DNA of 64,000 nt from Lysobacterales bacterium (GCA_033722075.1 JAWVZU010000002.1:3266-67265); one strand, 5' to 3'; counted from the first letter of the stretch, positions 1 to 9,336 are shown. The notes: generated by a model from the sequence alone, not told the origin. Numbers and translations: made by a program.

Positions 1-420
1 ATCCTGGCTGTACTGGTGGTGGTCGGCCTGCTCTTCGGACTGGTCGGCGGATCGCTTTACCGCAGCATGGATGCGGTCAAGATCCGTCGGGCCGGCAAGG
101 AGGTCGTGAATGCGCTGCGTCACACGCGGGCGCAGGCGATCGTCAAGCGCGAGGAACAGTTCCTGGAGGTGGACATCGAGGAGCGCAGCTACCGGCCGGC
201 CGACGGGGAGCCGAAGCAACTTCCCGATGATGTCGACGTCACCCTGCGCACGGCCTCGATGGACATCCTCAATGAAAAGCAGGGCCGGATCCGCTTCTAC
301 CCGGATGGCTCCTCCACCGGGGGTGAGATCACGCTCATGTCCGGTTCGCACGTGTGGCGAGTCCGGGTGGCATGGCTGACCGGCGAGATCACCCTGGAAG
401 CCAGTAAGGGGGCCTCCTGA
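1..420 (+). CDS. gspH: Type II secretion minor pseudopilin GspH (5' end outside window)
   Basis: Frame 1 is open from the window edge. It shows a hydrophobic pseudopilin helix (ILAVLVVVGLLFGLVGG), then a GspH-like body ending RFYPDGSSTGGEITL. The stop overlaps the gspI start (TGATG). It sits first in an H-I-J-K series. Confidence 0.75.
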   Translation: MLAVLVVVGLLFGLVGGSLYRSMDAVKIRRAGKEVVNALRHTRAQAIVKREEQFLEVDIEERSYRPADGEPKQLPDDVDVTLRTASMDILNEKQGRIRFYPDGSSTGGEITLMSGSHVWRVRVAWLTGEITLEASKGAS

Positions 421-851
421 TGCGGTTCGGTCCGGCTGGTCAACGCGGGTTTACGCTGCTGGAGATCCTGGCGGCGTTCGTGATCTTCGCCCTGGTCTTT
501 GCCACTACGCTGCAGGTGCTGTCCGGGTCCCTGCGCAACACCCGGCAGTCGGCCGAATACACGGAAGCCGCGCTCCGGGCCCAGAGCGTCATGGACAGCG
601 TGGGTGTCGAACCGCTGCTGGAGGTCGGCACCTATGAGGGTGAGCTGGAGAACGGCTACCGCTGGGAAATGGAGATCAGTCAATATGACATTCAGTCCGA
701 GCCGACGCCGGACGGGCGGACCTATGCCAACCTGTTCGAGGTGCCGATCGATCTCTACGAGGTCCAGCTGACCCTGACCTGGGGCGATCCGGACCGCCCG
801 CGCGGCGCGGTCTTCCGTACCCTTCGTTCCGTGACGGCCGAACCCCAATGA
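420..851 (+). CDS. gspI: Type II secretion minor pseudopilin GspI
   Basis: Prepilin-peptidase motif GQRG/FTLLEILAAFVIFAL at the N-terminus. The 143-aa size is typical of GspI. ATGA overlap with the next gene. Confidence 0.85.
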   Translation: MRFGPAGQRGFTLLEILAAFVIFALVFATTLQVLSGSLRNTRQSAEYTEAALRAQSVMDSVGVEPLLEVGTYEGELENGYRWEMEISQYDIQSEPTPDGRTYANLFEVPIDLYEVQLTLTWGDPDRPRGAVFRTLRSVTAEPQ

Positions 852-1540
852 CCCGGCAGAGCGGATTCACGCTGGTTGAGATGCTCCTGGCGATGACCCT
901 GGTGGCCCTCATCCTGGGCATGGCCTACAGTGGCCTGCGGACCAGTGCCAAGGCGGTAGAGCGCGGCGATGACCTGCTGGATCGCTCCAACCGGCTGCGC
1001 ATCGTGCATCAGTTCGTGCGTGCCCAGCTGCGCTCGGTCATGCCGCTGCAGATCCCTCCGGAGAACGATTTCGACGAGGAGATCCTCACCTACTTCGAAG
1101 GCGACGAATCCTCGCTGCATTTTGCCGGGCCCATGCCGGGTTATCTGAGCAACGGCGGGCCCCATGAGCAGCGCCTCTACTTCGACCGGGGCCCGGACGG
1201 AAACCTGGAACTCCTGTTCGATCATGCTCCCTTGCTGCGCGACGAGGAGTGGCCGGAGCAGGAAGAGCGGGAACCGGTGGTCCTGCTGAGCGGAATCCGC
1301 GAAGGACATTTCGAGTACCTGGCCCTCGACGAGGAAGGCGAGCCGGATGAGTGGCAGGCCGAGTGGGAGGAACCGACCACCATTCCCCTGATGGTCCGGA
1401 TTGCCGTGGAGATGGAGCCGTTCACGCGTCAGACCTGGCCCGTGCTCGAGGTGCGGCCGGTACTCGATGCGGCGACCGGCGGTCGCCAGTTGCAGCGCCC
1501 GTTCGTACTGCCGGGATCGCGCCGGGAGGGATCCGGGTGA
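848..1540 (+). CDS. gspJ: Type II secretion minor pseudopilin GspJ
   Basis: Prepilin motif RQSG/FTLVEMLLAMTLVAL. 230 aa. Located between gspI and gspK. Confidence 0.85.
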   Translation: MTRQSGFTLVEMLLAMTLVALILGMAYSGLRTSAKAVERGDDLLDRSNRLRIVHQFVRAQLRSVMPLQIPPENDFDEEILTYFEGDESSLHFAGPMPGYLSNGGPHEQRLYFDRGPDGNLELLFDHAPLLRDEEWPEQEEREPVVLLSGIREGHFEYLALDEEGEPDEWQAEWEEPTTIPLMVRIAVEMEPFTRQTWPVLEVRPVLDAATGGRQLQRPFVLPGSRREGSG

Positions 1541-2409
1541 CCGGGACACGTCAAAAAGGCGTCGCGCTGGTGCTGGTGCTGTGGATGAGCGTTCTCCTGG
1601 CCGTGGTGATCGGGAGTTTTGCCATTGCGGCCCGCACCGAGACATTGCAGGCGCGCCAGCTTTTCGACGGACTCAAGGCGGAGTACGCCGCGCAGGCCGG
1701 ACTGCACCGGGCGGTCTACGAGTTGCGTCGCCCGAACATGGAGGACCGCTGGTTCACCGACGGGCGCGCCTACGAGATCCAGTATGACCAGGCCGAGGTG
1801 GAGATCCGGATCACCGACGAGTCCGGGAAGATCGACATCAACGTGGCCGACGAGGAGTTGCTCGGACGCCTGTTCGATTCAATCGACGTGTCCGAGGATG
1901 CGCGTGACCTGCTGGTCGACGCCATTCTCGATTGGCGCGACCCGGATGACCTGATCCGGATCAACGGGGCCGAAGACGACGACTACCGGTCCGCCGGTTA
2001 CCCTTACGGTGCCAAGGATGCGCCCTTCGATACGATCGGCGAGGTGCAGCAGGTCATGGGGATGGATTACGAGCTCTATCTGGCCATCGAGCCGGCAATC
2101 ACCGTACACTCCGGCCGGCCGGTGCCGGAGCCGGCCTTTGCACCCGTCGAGGTCCTGCGCACGCTGGAGGGCATGGACGAGGCCAGCGCCCTGGATTTCG
2201 TGGCGCAACGGGAACAGAACACGGAATTGGGTGTCCCATTGCCCGTGCTTCCGGATGGTACGACGCCGCTGGCCCGCGGCGGAGGGTACACCTTTACCGT
2301 CGTCAGCACGGCGACCATGCCCAGTGGCGTGACCAATGCCATCGAGGTGACCGTCCGGATGGGTGGCGTCCCCGGTGGGCAGCCATTTCGAATCCTGCGC
2401 TGGAACTGA
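1537..2409 (+). CDS. gspK: Type II secretion minor pseudopilin GspK
   Basis: GTG at 1537 overlaps the gspJ stop (GTGA). The N-terminus QKGVALVLVLWMSVLLAVV lacks Glu+5, as in GspK. GspK-like motifs ITDESGKIDINVA and ILDWRDPDD are present. The ORF-track start at 1351 lies inside gspJ and was not used. Confidence 0.8.
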   Translation: MTGTRQKGVALVLVLWMSVLLAVVIGSFAIAARTETLQARQLFDGLKAEYAAQAGLHRAVYELRRPNMEDRWFTDGRAYEIQYDQAEVEIRITDESGKIDINVADEELLGRLFDSIDVSEDARDLLVDAILDWRDPDDLIRINGAEDDDYRSAGYPYGAKDAPFDTIGEVQQVMGMDYELYLAIEPAITVHSGRPVPEPAFAPVEVLRTLEGMDEASALDFVAQREQNTELGVPLPVLPDGTTPLARGGGYTFTVVSTATMPSGVTNAIEVTVRMGGVPGGQPFRILRWN

Positions 2410-3521
2410 TGATGTCCAATACGTTGACCCAAGCCCTGGAACGCGCTCGCCGACACCGCATGGTGACCGGCTCGGTCGCCTTTCTGCGCTGGTGGCGTGA
2501 CGAGCTGATCGACGGGTTGCCCGAGCTTTGGCGAGCCCGTCTGCGCACGGAAACGGAGCGGTTGTTCGTCGCCTCGGACGGCGACGAGGTCACCGTTCGG
2601 GATAACGCCGGGGAAATCCTCGGGACTTTCCGCGAGTCCGAGGAGCCGGCGATCAGTGCCCAGGTGGTGCAGGGGATTCTGGGCAATCTCGAGGAGGATC
2701 ATCCGGAGATCTACTTTTTGATGGACGAGGCCCGGGTGCTGCAGCGCACCCTGACCCTGCCGGCCGCCGCGGAAGACAACCTCCGCCAGGTCATGCACTA
2801 CGAGATGGATCGGTACACGCCCTTCAAGGCCGATCAGGTCCATTTCGACTGTGAACTGGTGGAGCGTCTTGGGGGTGGTACCCGCCTGCGGGTCAACCTG
2901 CTTGTCGCGCGGCGTGCCGAGGTGGAGGCGGCGGTGCGGTTCTGTCGTGAGCGGAGTCTGGAGCTGCACGGCATCGACGTGATCGGGGCCGACGGCGAGC
3001 GACGCGGGGTGAACCTGCTGCCGCCTGAACTGCGAGCCCACAAGGATCGCCGCCAGCTCAAGTGGAACCTCGCCCTGGCCGGGCTGTTCGTGATCCTGCT
3101 CTAGGGGGTGCTGTGGCAATCGGTCGCTTCCCGCGAGGAGGCGCTGGAGGCCTATCGGATGAAGCTGGACCGGTTGCGGGGCGATGCGGCCGAGGTGGTG
3201 GAACTGCGGGAGGAGCTCGAGGAGTCGGCCGAGGCGGCGCGCTTTCTCGGCGACCAGAAGCGTCGGCGCACGGCGGTGACGGGTCTGCTCGCCGAGCTGA
3301 CCCGGCAGCTGCCGGAGAACACCTGGTTGCAGCGGCTGCAGGTGAACGAGGAAACGGTGCAGATCTCCGGGCAGACCCCGGAGACGGCCCAGCTGGTGGC
3401 TTTGCTCGAAAAGTCGGAGTGTCTGAGGTCGCCGAATATCAAAGGTGCAGTGACGCCCGACCCGCAAAGCGGCAAGGAGCGGTTCACCATCGAGGCGATG
3501 CTTGTCGGAGGCCAGTGCTGA
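2409..3521 (+). pseudogene. gspL: GspL/XpsL-like T2SS inner-membrane platform gene interrupted by a single in-frame TAG (3102-3104)
   Basis: ORFs 2409-3104 and 3108-3521 share one frame, separated only by TAG plus one codon. The context is ...KWNLALAGLFVILL*GVLWQSVASREE..., so the stop lies in the only hydrophobic segment. The combined length of about 370 codons and the position between gspK and gspM fit one GspL. This could be a real nonsense mutation, a sequence error or read-through. Confidence 0.7.
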
Positions 3522-4126
3522 TGGTCGATATCCTGCCCTCCAAGGAACGCCAGCGCCCGCTGGCCTATCTGCTGCTGCTGGTCGCGCTGATCGTCTTCTA
3601 TTACGTGTTCTTCCACCGCTTCATCCTCAGCCATCTGGCGCTGTCCGAGCAGATCGAGCAACTCACCCAGTCCGAGCTTCGTTACCGGGCGGCCATCGCC
3701 CAGAAGCCGGAGCTGCAGGAGCGGCTGGCGGAGCTGCGCCGGGCCCAGACCGAAAGCGATTATTTCCTGGAGCAGGAGAACATCAACCTCGCGTCGTCCG
3801 AACTGACCACCCGGCTCAAGGAGGTCATCTCCCTGCACGCGGAAAACACCGACGAATGCCAGGTGCTGAGCCAGCAGAACATGCGCAACAATACCGACGA
3901 GGAGTTCCAGCGGGTCAGCATCAAGGTCCGGATGCGCTGTGAGATCGCCGATCTGAGCCGGGTCCTGTTCAACCTGGAGGACGGCACGCCCTATCTCTTC
4001 GTCGACAACCTGACCGTATTTCGCCAGGTGACCCGGCGGCGGCGCAACCGCGAGCTGGTGCAGGAGAAGATGCTCGATGTGCGCTTCGACCTGTCCGGTT
4101 ACATCCGCTCGGAGCCGCAGGCATGA
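3521..4126 (+). CDS. gspM: GspM-like T2SS inner-membrane protein
   Basis: ATG 3521 overlaps the gspL stop (TGATG). One N-terminal TM helix (LAYLLLLVALIVFYYVFF) is followed by a domain of about 160 aa. Assigned by architecture and position, not by a strong motif. The 354-aa ORF-track extension was rejected. Confidence 0.65.
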   Translation: MVDILPSKERQRPLAYLLLLVALIVFYYVFFHRFILSHLALSEQIEQLTQSELRYRAAIAQKPELQERLAELRRAQTESDYFLEQENINLASSELTTRLKEVISLHAENTDECQVLSQQNMRNNTDEEFQRVSIKVRMRCEIADLSRVLFNLEDGTPYLFVDNLTVFRQVTRRRRNRELVQEKMLDVRFDLSGYIRSEPQA

Positions 4127-4854
4127 AGCTCTCCCGACTGGTCGGATTGATCCTTGCCGGCGGATGCGCTCTGCTGGTGCTCGTTGCTTTGCTGCTGGGC
4201 GCCGGCGTGGGAACCGGCATCGAGGCCGACGGGGATCCCTCCGAATTCGAGCGTCCGGTTGCCGACGTGGACCAGAGCGGGGGATTCCGGCTGGAGGAAT
4301 TCGACGAGCGCTACGCGGTCATTGCCGAGGCACCGCTGTTCAACGAGGATCGGCTGCCCAGCAGGGACGAACCGGTGGTCGAGGAGTCCGAGGCACCGGG
4401 TTTCGGCGAGCCCGAGCCGGTTCCGCTGAACGTCGTCGTCAAGGGCATCATCATCACCCCGGAGGTGAAGCTTGCGATCGTCACCGACGAACGCAGCAAG
4501 GAAACCCAACGCTTGAAAGAAGGGATGCCGCTGGAAGGCGAGATGGGCGGCTGGACCCTGGCCGAGATCGAACCCAGAAAACTGATTTTCGACAGTGCGT
4601 CGCAGGGACGGGCCGAGGTGGACCTGCAAGTCCATACGAAGGCGCTTGCCGGCGGCGCTGCGCCTGCGCGCACCAACGCGCGGACGGCGAACGAGGACGC
4701 GTCACAGGAACCTGCGGCTGAGAATCAGCAGGGCGCCCAGCCCATGGATGCGGAGGCGCGTGCCGAGGAAATTCGGCGGCGCGTCGCGGAACGGCGGGCT
4801 CAGCTGCGAGCCGAGGCGGAACGTCGGCGACAGGAACAGGCCGACGAGCAGTAG
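4123..4854 (+). CDS. GspC/XpsN-like T2SS protein: N-terminal TM, PilP/HR-like beta domain, charged C-terminal tail
   Basis: ATGA overlap with gspM. TM helix LVGLILAGGCALLVLVALLLGAG. The segment VVKGIIITPEVKLAIVTDERSKETQRLKEGMPLEG..GWTLAEIEPRKLIF resembles the secretin-binding HR/PilP-type domain. The tail is Arg/Glu-rich (EEIRRRVAERRAQLRAEAERRRQEQ). It lies directly upstream of the secretin, as in xps-type clusters. Confidence 0.55.
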   Translation: MKLSRLVGLILAGGCALLVLVALLLGAGVGTGIEADGDPSEFERPVADVDQSGGFRLEEFDERYAVIAEAPLFNEDRLPSRDEPVVEESEAPGFGEPEPVPLNVVVKGIIITPEVKLAIVTDERSKETQRLKEGMPLEGEMGGWTLAEIEPRKLIFDSASQGRAEVDLQVHTKALAGGAAPARTNARTANEDASQEPAAENQQGAQPMDAEARAEEIRRRVAERRAQLRAEAERRRQEQADEQ

Positions 4855-4910
4855 CGTCGCCGGCAGAACAACGAAGAATACGAACCAATAATGAATCAAG
4901 GAGTGCCGTT

Positions 4911-7097
4911 TTGAATTGCAGAACCTCAAAGCTCGCAGCGCTGGCGCTGTTGCTTACGGCCTGCGGGAGCCTACCGGTGAGCGACGACGGCCCCGATCAA
5001 GCCACGCGGTCCGCTGCCGGGCCAACGGATCCGGCGGCCGCGGAGGTCGGGGCGGCTCAGCCCGAGAGCGACCCGGCGCCGACGACGGCCAGTCCCGAAC
5101 TTTACCCCGGCAGCGGTCGATTCATCGACTCGGATGCGGCCCAGCGGCCTGCGCTGGATGCGGTGGGAGAGGGGGAGATCATCTTCAATTTCGAAGGTGA
5201 GGCGCTCCAGGCCGTGGTCAAGGCGATCCTCGGCGACCTGTTGCAGGAGAACTACGTGATTTCGCCCGGGATCCAGGGCAACGTCACCTTCTCCACGGCC
5301 AAGCCGGTTCCCATGGACCAGGTGCTGCCTATCCTCGAAATGCTCCTGTCCTGGAACAATGCCGCCCTGGTCTATCGTGACGGCCGCTACCATGTCATGC
5401 CGATCCCGCGGGCCGTGCAGGGCCAGCTGCGCCCGGTCATGGGGCCGCTGGCCGATCAGCGTGGCTACGAGGTTCGCGCCTTTCCGCTGGACTTCATTGC
5501 GCCTGCCGAGATGGAAAAGCTGCTGCGGCCCTATGCCCGGGAGAATGCCTTCGTCAGCGTGGACAACGCGCGAGGCCTGCTGATCCTGGCCGGCACCCGG
5601 GACGAGCTCGAGAACTACCGTCAGACCATCGAGATCTTCGACGTCGATTGGCTGGAGGGTATGTCCGTCGGGGTCTATCCGCTGGAGCGGGTGGAGGCCG
5701 ACACGGTGGTCGGCGAGCTGGAGGCGGTCTTCGGTGAGGGTTCCGGTACGCCCCTGGCGGGCATGTTCCGCTTCATGGCCATCGAGCGGCTGAATGCAAT
5801 CATGGTGATCACGCCGCAGCCGGCCTACCTGGACAAGGCGGTCGAGTGGGTCAAGCGCCTCGATCGGGGCGGCAGCGAGGCAGGAACACGCCTCTATGTT
5901 TATGCCGTGCGCAACGTCAAGGCGACGGACCTGGCCGACACGCTTTCGGACATCTTCAGCGACTCCGGGCGATCGTCCAGCCGTGAGCAACGCCGCGGCT
6001 CGCTGCAGCTGGCTCCCGGCCTGGAAGCCGGCGAGATTTCCTCGATCAACGATCCGCGGCGCCGGCAGCAGCAGGAACAGACCGAGACGGCGGAGCGGCG
6101 ACCGGCGACCCGCGAAAGCGGGGGCGGCGGCATCGCTCTGGTCGACGGGGAAGAGGTACGCATCACCGCCGTGGAAGAATCCAACTCACTGCTGATCCGG
6201 GCCACGCCGGGGCAATACGATGCGGTACTCGGGGCCATCAAGCGCCTGGACATCGTGCCCCTGCAGGTACTGGTGGAGGTCCAGGTGCTCGAGGTCACGC
6301 TGAACGAAAACCTGAGATACGGCGTACAGTGGTTCTTCGAGAGTGCACTCAATGACTTCAGCTTTCCGGGCAGCGGATCCGGCAGCGGCGGCAAGGGCGT
6401 GTTCGACAGCGGCGGCTCGATCAGCGGTGATCGCTATGCCACCGTTTCCGGGGGCGGCGGGCTGAACTATGCGATCCAGGGTGGCGACGCCGCAGCGATC
6501 GTTTCCGCGCTGGAATCGGTGACGGATGTGCGGACGATCTCCGCGCCTTCCATGATGGTGTTGAACAACCGCGAAGCGAACATCAATGTCGGCACCCAGA
6601 TCCCGGTCAATTCCCCGATCTTCAATCTGGGCACCGGGACTGATGTCGGGCGCACCCAGGTGCAGTTCCGGGATACCGGCGTCACGCTCAACGTGGTCCC
6701 CCGGGTCAATCCCGGTGGGATGGTGTTCATGGAAGTGCAGCAGGAAGTCAGTGCGCCGATCGGGTCGGCCGATGCTCAGGGCAACGTGTCGCTTCGCCAG
6801 CGGCGGATCGACACGGAAGTGGCCGTCCAGAGTGACGAAACGGTGGTCCTCGGCGGCCTGATCCAGGCCGACTTCGAAGAAGACCGGAGCGGGCTGCCCT
6901 GGTTATCCCGGATGCCGTTGGTCGGCGGTCTGTTCGGAAACCAGGGACGAGACATCACGCGCACCGAGCTGATTGTGCTGATCACCCCGAAGGTGGTCGC
7001 CAGCATCGAGGAAGCTCGCGCCGTCAGCCGCGAATATCGTGAGCGGATGCGCACGCTGAAGCCCCTGGACTCGGAAAAAGTGGAAATCAATAACTAG
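4911..7097 (+). CDS. gspD: Type II secretion secretin GspD with a lipoprotein signal peptide
   Basis: TTG start preceded by AAGGAG. Lipobox LLLTAC/GS. A Pro/Ala-rich linker precedes the N0-like domain (IIFNFEGEALQAVVKAILGDLL). The C-terminal secretin core reads ISAPSMMVLNNREANINVG...VVLGGLI...IPWLSRMPLVGGLFG...TELIVLITPKVV. Confidence 0.95.
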   Translation: MNCRTSKLAALALLLTACGSLPVSDDGPDQATRSAAGPTDPAAAEVGAAQPESDPAPTTASPELYPGSGRFIDSDAAQRPALDAVGEGEIIFNFEGEALQAVVKAILGDLLQENYVISPGIQGNVTFSTAKPVPMDQVLPILEMLLSWNNAALVYRDGRYHVMPIPRAVQGQLRPVMGPLADQRGYEVRAFPLDFIAPAEMEKLLRPYARENAFVSVDNARGLLILAGTRDELENYRQTIEIFDVDWLEGMSVGVYPLERVEADTVVGELEAVFGEGSGTPLAGMFRFMAIERLNAIMVITPQPAYLDKAVEWVKRLDRGGSEAGTRLYVYAVRNVKATDLADTLSDIFSDSGRSSSREQRRGSLQLAPGLEAGEISSINDPRRRQQQEQTETAERRPATRESGGGGIALVDGEEVRITAVEESNSLLIRATPGQYDAVLGAIKRLDIVPLQVLVEVQVLEVTLNENLRYGVQWFFESALNDFSFPGSGSGSGGKGVFDSGGSISGDRYATVSGGGGLNYAIQGGDAAAIVSALESVTDVRTISAPSMMVLNNREANINVGTQIPVNSPIFNLGTGTDVGRTQVQFRDTGVTLNVVPRVNPGGMVFMEVQQEVSAPIGSADAQGNVSLRQRRIDTEVAVQSDETVVLGGLIQADFEEDRSGLPWLSRMPLVGGLFGNQGRDITRTELIVLITPKVVASIEEARAVSREYRERMRTLKPLDSEKVEINN

Positions 7098-7112
7098 AAC
7101 GGAGCGTACGGA

Positions 7113-7526
7113 ATGATGAGAGTGGTGTTGATTGCGCTGGCCGCGGCCATGCTGGCGGCGTGTGCCGGTCTGGGTCGACCGGTCAGCCTCGAGGAGCGGG
7201 CCCAGGCGCGCTGGGACGCGGTGATCAGCGGCGACTGGGAGCGTGCCTATGCGTACCTGTCCCCGGGAGCCAGGACCGCCATGTCGGAGAGCGCGTTCCG
7301 GGAGCTGATGACCAACCGCACGATCAACTGGACCGGCGCCGAGGTGGTGGAAATCGGAATGTGCGATACGGCGGTCGGCAGCTGCGACGTGATTGTCAAC
7401 GTCGGTTACCGGGTTTCCCGCGGCGTGCCGGGCCTGCGCAAGCCCATAGAACTCACCAAAGGAGTGACCGAAAGCTGGATCGAGGTAGACGGGGCTTGGT
7501 ATTTCGTTCCCGATCGTCTACGATAA
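7113..7526 (+). CDS. Small lipoprotein of unknown function (137 aa)
   Basis: Signal peptide with lipobox AMLAAC/AG. It starts 15 nt after gspD with no terminator between them. I recognise no catalytic motif. Confidence 0.7.
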   Translation: MMRVVLIALAAAMLAACAGLGRPVSLEERAQARWDAVISGDWERAYAYLSPGARTAMSESAFRELMTNRTINWTGAEVVEIGMCDTAVGSCDVIVNVGYRVSRGVPGLRKPIELTKGVTESWIEVDGAWYFVPDRLR

Positions 7527-7599
7527 CGGCACAAAAAGAGATCCAAGGGGGTCGGCGGAAGCCCTTTCCCAACGGCTTTTTCGCCAATCGTGTAAATCA

Positions 7600-7628
7600 T
7601 TGCGTTGTGGATTTCGTTTTTGTACCAT
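7600..7628 (+). promoter_or_regulatory. Candidate sigma70 promoter for the 7732 gene (-35 TTGCGT, 17-nt spacer, -10 TACCAT)
   Basis: It lies in a 205-nt intergenic stretch (7527-7731) that is AT-richer than its surroundings. The hexamers were spotted by eye only. A strong RBS (AGGAG) sits 7 nt before ATG 7732. Confidence 0.25.
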
Positions 7629-7731
7629 GTGGTCGCTCTTTTGTAGCGGAAAGCACTGGCTTAGGCGGGAAATAAGCGACTAAACGTGATTTCTGCCCGA
7701 GTGGCCCTGTGAATGTGTTAGGAGTGTTGTA

Positions 7732-9309
7732 ATGAAGAGAAAAACCTTAACGACTGCTGTGCTCGCTGGCATCGGTGGTGTGGCGGGTATCGCCAACATC
7801 TCCGGCGCCGTGAACCTGAACCCGGATGGTCTGGGCCAGGTTCTTATCTATCCTTTCTATACGGTTAATGGTGGCAACGACACGCTTGTGTCGGTTGTGA
7901 ACACCACTGCTGAAGTCAAGGCCGTCAAGGTCCGCTTCCTCGAGAGCAAGAACTCTCGCGAAGTGCTCGACTTCAACTTGTATCTGTCGCCGTTTGACGT
8001 CTGGGTCGGTGCCGCAACTTCTACCGGTGATACCGGTGCTGCGGTTCTGGTCGTGCCCGATGGCGAAGACAGCTGCACGGTTCCGGCCATCACCGGTCCG
8101 GTTCCGTTCACCAACCTGCTGCTGACCGAGCGGAATGCAGCCGGCTCCGCTTTCATCGACAACAGCATCGAGCGTACCCGTGAGGGCTACATCGAGATGA
8201 TCGAGATGGGCGTGGTCGAGGAAACCGCTGACGCCGTCAAGACGGGTCTGGAAGCGGCTGCTATCCACACCCCGCGCGGTACTGTTCCGGCTAACTGTGG
8301 CGCTCTTGTTGCCGCATGGTCCACCGGCGGTATCTGGCTGCAGGACGAAGACACCGACGTACTGGCGCCGACCGGCGGCCTGTTCGGTGGTGGTTCCGTG
8401 ATCAACGTATTCGGCGGCTACCAGGCCTCCTATACGGCTGACGCGATCGAGGGTTTCTACAACCCGATCAATGGTGACGCTTCCGTAACCGCTGCGGTTC
8501 GGAACACCCTTCACAGCCAGCCGGGTGACACCAACCCGACGCTGCTGCAGACGGACACCACCAACCTGACCGGCGATCCGTCGGTTGACCGTAGCTTCGT
8601 GTTCGATCGTGACCGCGTCGTGACCTCTGACTGGTCGCGTGCGGGCGTTCCGGATGCAGTCAGCGCGACCTTCATGCGCGACTTCATCTACAACGAGTAC
8701 GCAATCGAAACGGTTCTGTTGGGTGCGACCGAGTGGGTTGCCACCTTCCCGACCAAGCGTTTCTACGTTGACCCGGCAATTGCTGGCACCACGGCTATCA
8801 ACCCCTTCACCAACCAGTTTGGTGTGGTTGACGGCATCGGCGCCTGCGAATTCGTCGCTCTGGACTTCTTCGATCGCGAAGAAGACACCACCTTCGTTGT
8901 TGACGAGCCTGTGTTCTCGCCGGCTCCGGTCACCCTGCCGAACGTTCCGTTCCTGTGCTTCGAAGCCCAGGTCATTTCGTTCGGTGAGCCGGGTACCGGC
9001 TTCTTCGGCACCTCACCGTCGACTGTTCTGGGTTCCCCGAACTCGCAGAACATCCCGGTCGAGACCGAAGGCTTCGAGTCCGGTTGGGCTCAGATCGGCT
9101 TCGCGCCGGCTGACGTCGCACAAGGTCTCGGTGTGCGTCACACCATGACCTCGGACGACGGTGACGTCTACAACGGTCTGCCGGTTACCGGTTTCTCGGT
9201 TCAGGTGGTCCGTAATGGCACCATCACCGACGACGCTGGCAACAACGTGCTGTCCAACTACGCTGGCCTGTTCAATCACCGGTCCAGCCGGGACATCATC
9301 GGCAGCTAA
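7732..9309 (+). CDS. Secreted protein of unknown function (525 aa), probably highly expressed
   Basis: Sec signal peptide MKRKTLTTAVLAGIGGVAGIANISGA. Conserved-looking N-terminal block LNPDGLGQVLIYPFYTVNGGNDTLVSVVNTT..VKVRFLESKNSREVLDFNLYLSPFDVW. Codon choice differs from neighbouring genes (many GGT/GCT/GTT/CGT/ACC/TTC codons). It has its own leader and a perfect terminator. Confidence 0.85.
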   Translation: MKRKTLTTAVLAGIGGVAGIANISGAVNLNPDGLGQVLIYPFYTVNGGNDTLVSVVNTTAEVKAVKVRFLESKNSREVLDFNLYLSPFDVWVGAATSTGDTGAAVLVVPDGEDSCTVPAITGPVPFTNLLLTERNAAGSAFIDNSIERTREGYIEMIEMGVVEETADAVKTGLEAAAIHTPRGTVPANCGALVAAWSTGGIWLQDEDTDVLAPTGGLFGGGSVINVFGGYQASYTADAIEGFYNPINGDASVTAAVRNTLHSQPGDTNPTLLQTDTTNLTGDPSVDRSFVFDRDRVVTSDWSRAGVPDAVSATFMRDFIYNEYAIETVLLGATEWVATFPTKRFYVDPAIAGTTAINPFTNQFGVVDGIGACEFVALDFFDREEDTTFVVDEPVFSPAPVTLPNVPFLCFEAQVISFGEPGTGFFGTSPSTVLGSPNSQNIPVETEGFESGWAQIGFAPADVAQGLGVRHTMTSDDGDVYNGLPVTGFSVQVVRNGTITDDAGNNVLSNYAGLFNHRSSRDIIGS

Positions 9310-9336
9310 CAGCCGAGTCAACAGCTCTAGCTGTGG

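Noticed and set aside
2076-3467. 463-aa ORF on the minus strand, antisense to gspK and gspL
   Set aside because: The product is Arg/Pro/Gly/His-rich and low in complexity, with no recognisable motif. It overlaps plus-strand genes that have clear T2SS signatures. Long antisense ORFs are expected in GC-rich DNA because stop codons are rare.
3062-3520. N-terminal 153-codon extension of the gspM-like ORF (354-aa version)
   Set aside because: It overlaps the gspL frame completely and encodes Gly/Arg/Ala-rich filler. The ATG at 3521 gives the TGATG coupling seen throughout the operon, and a normal N-terminus followed by a TM helix.
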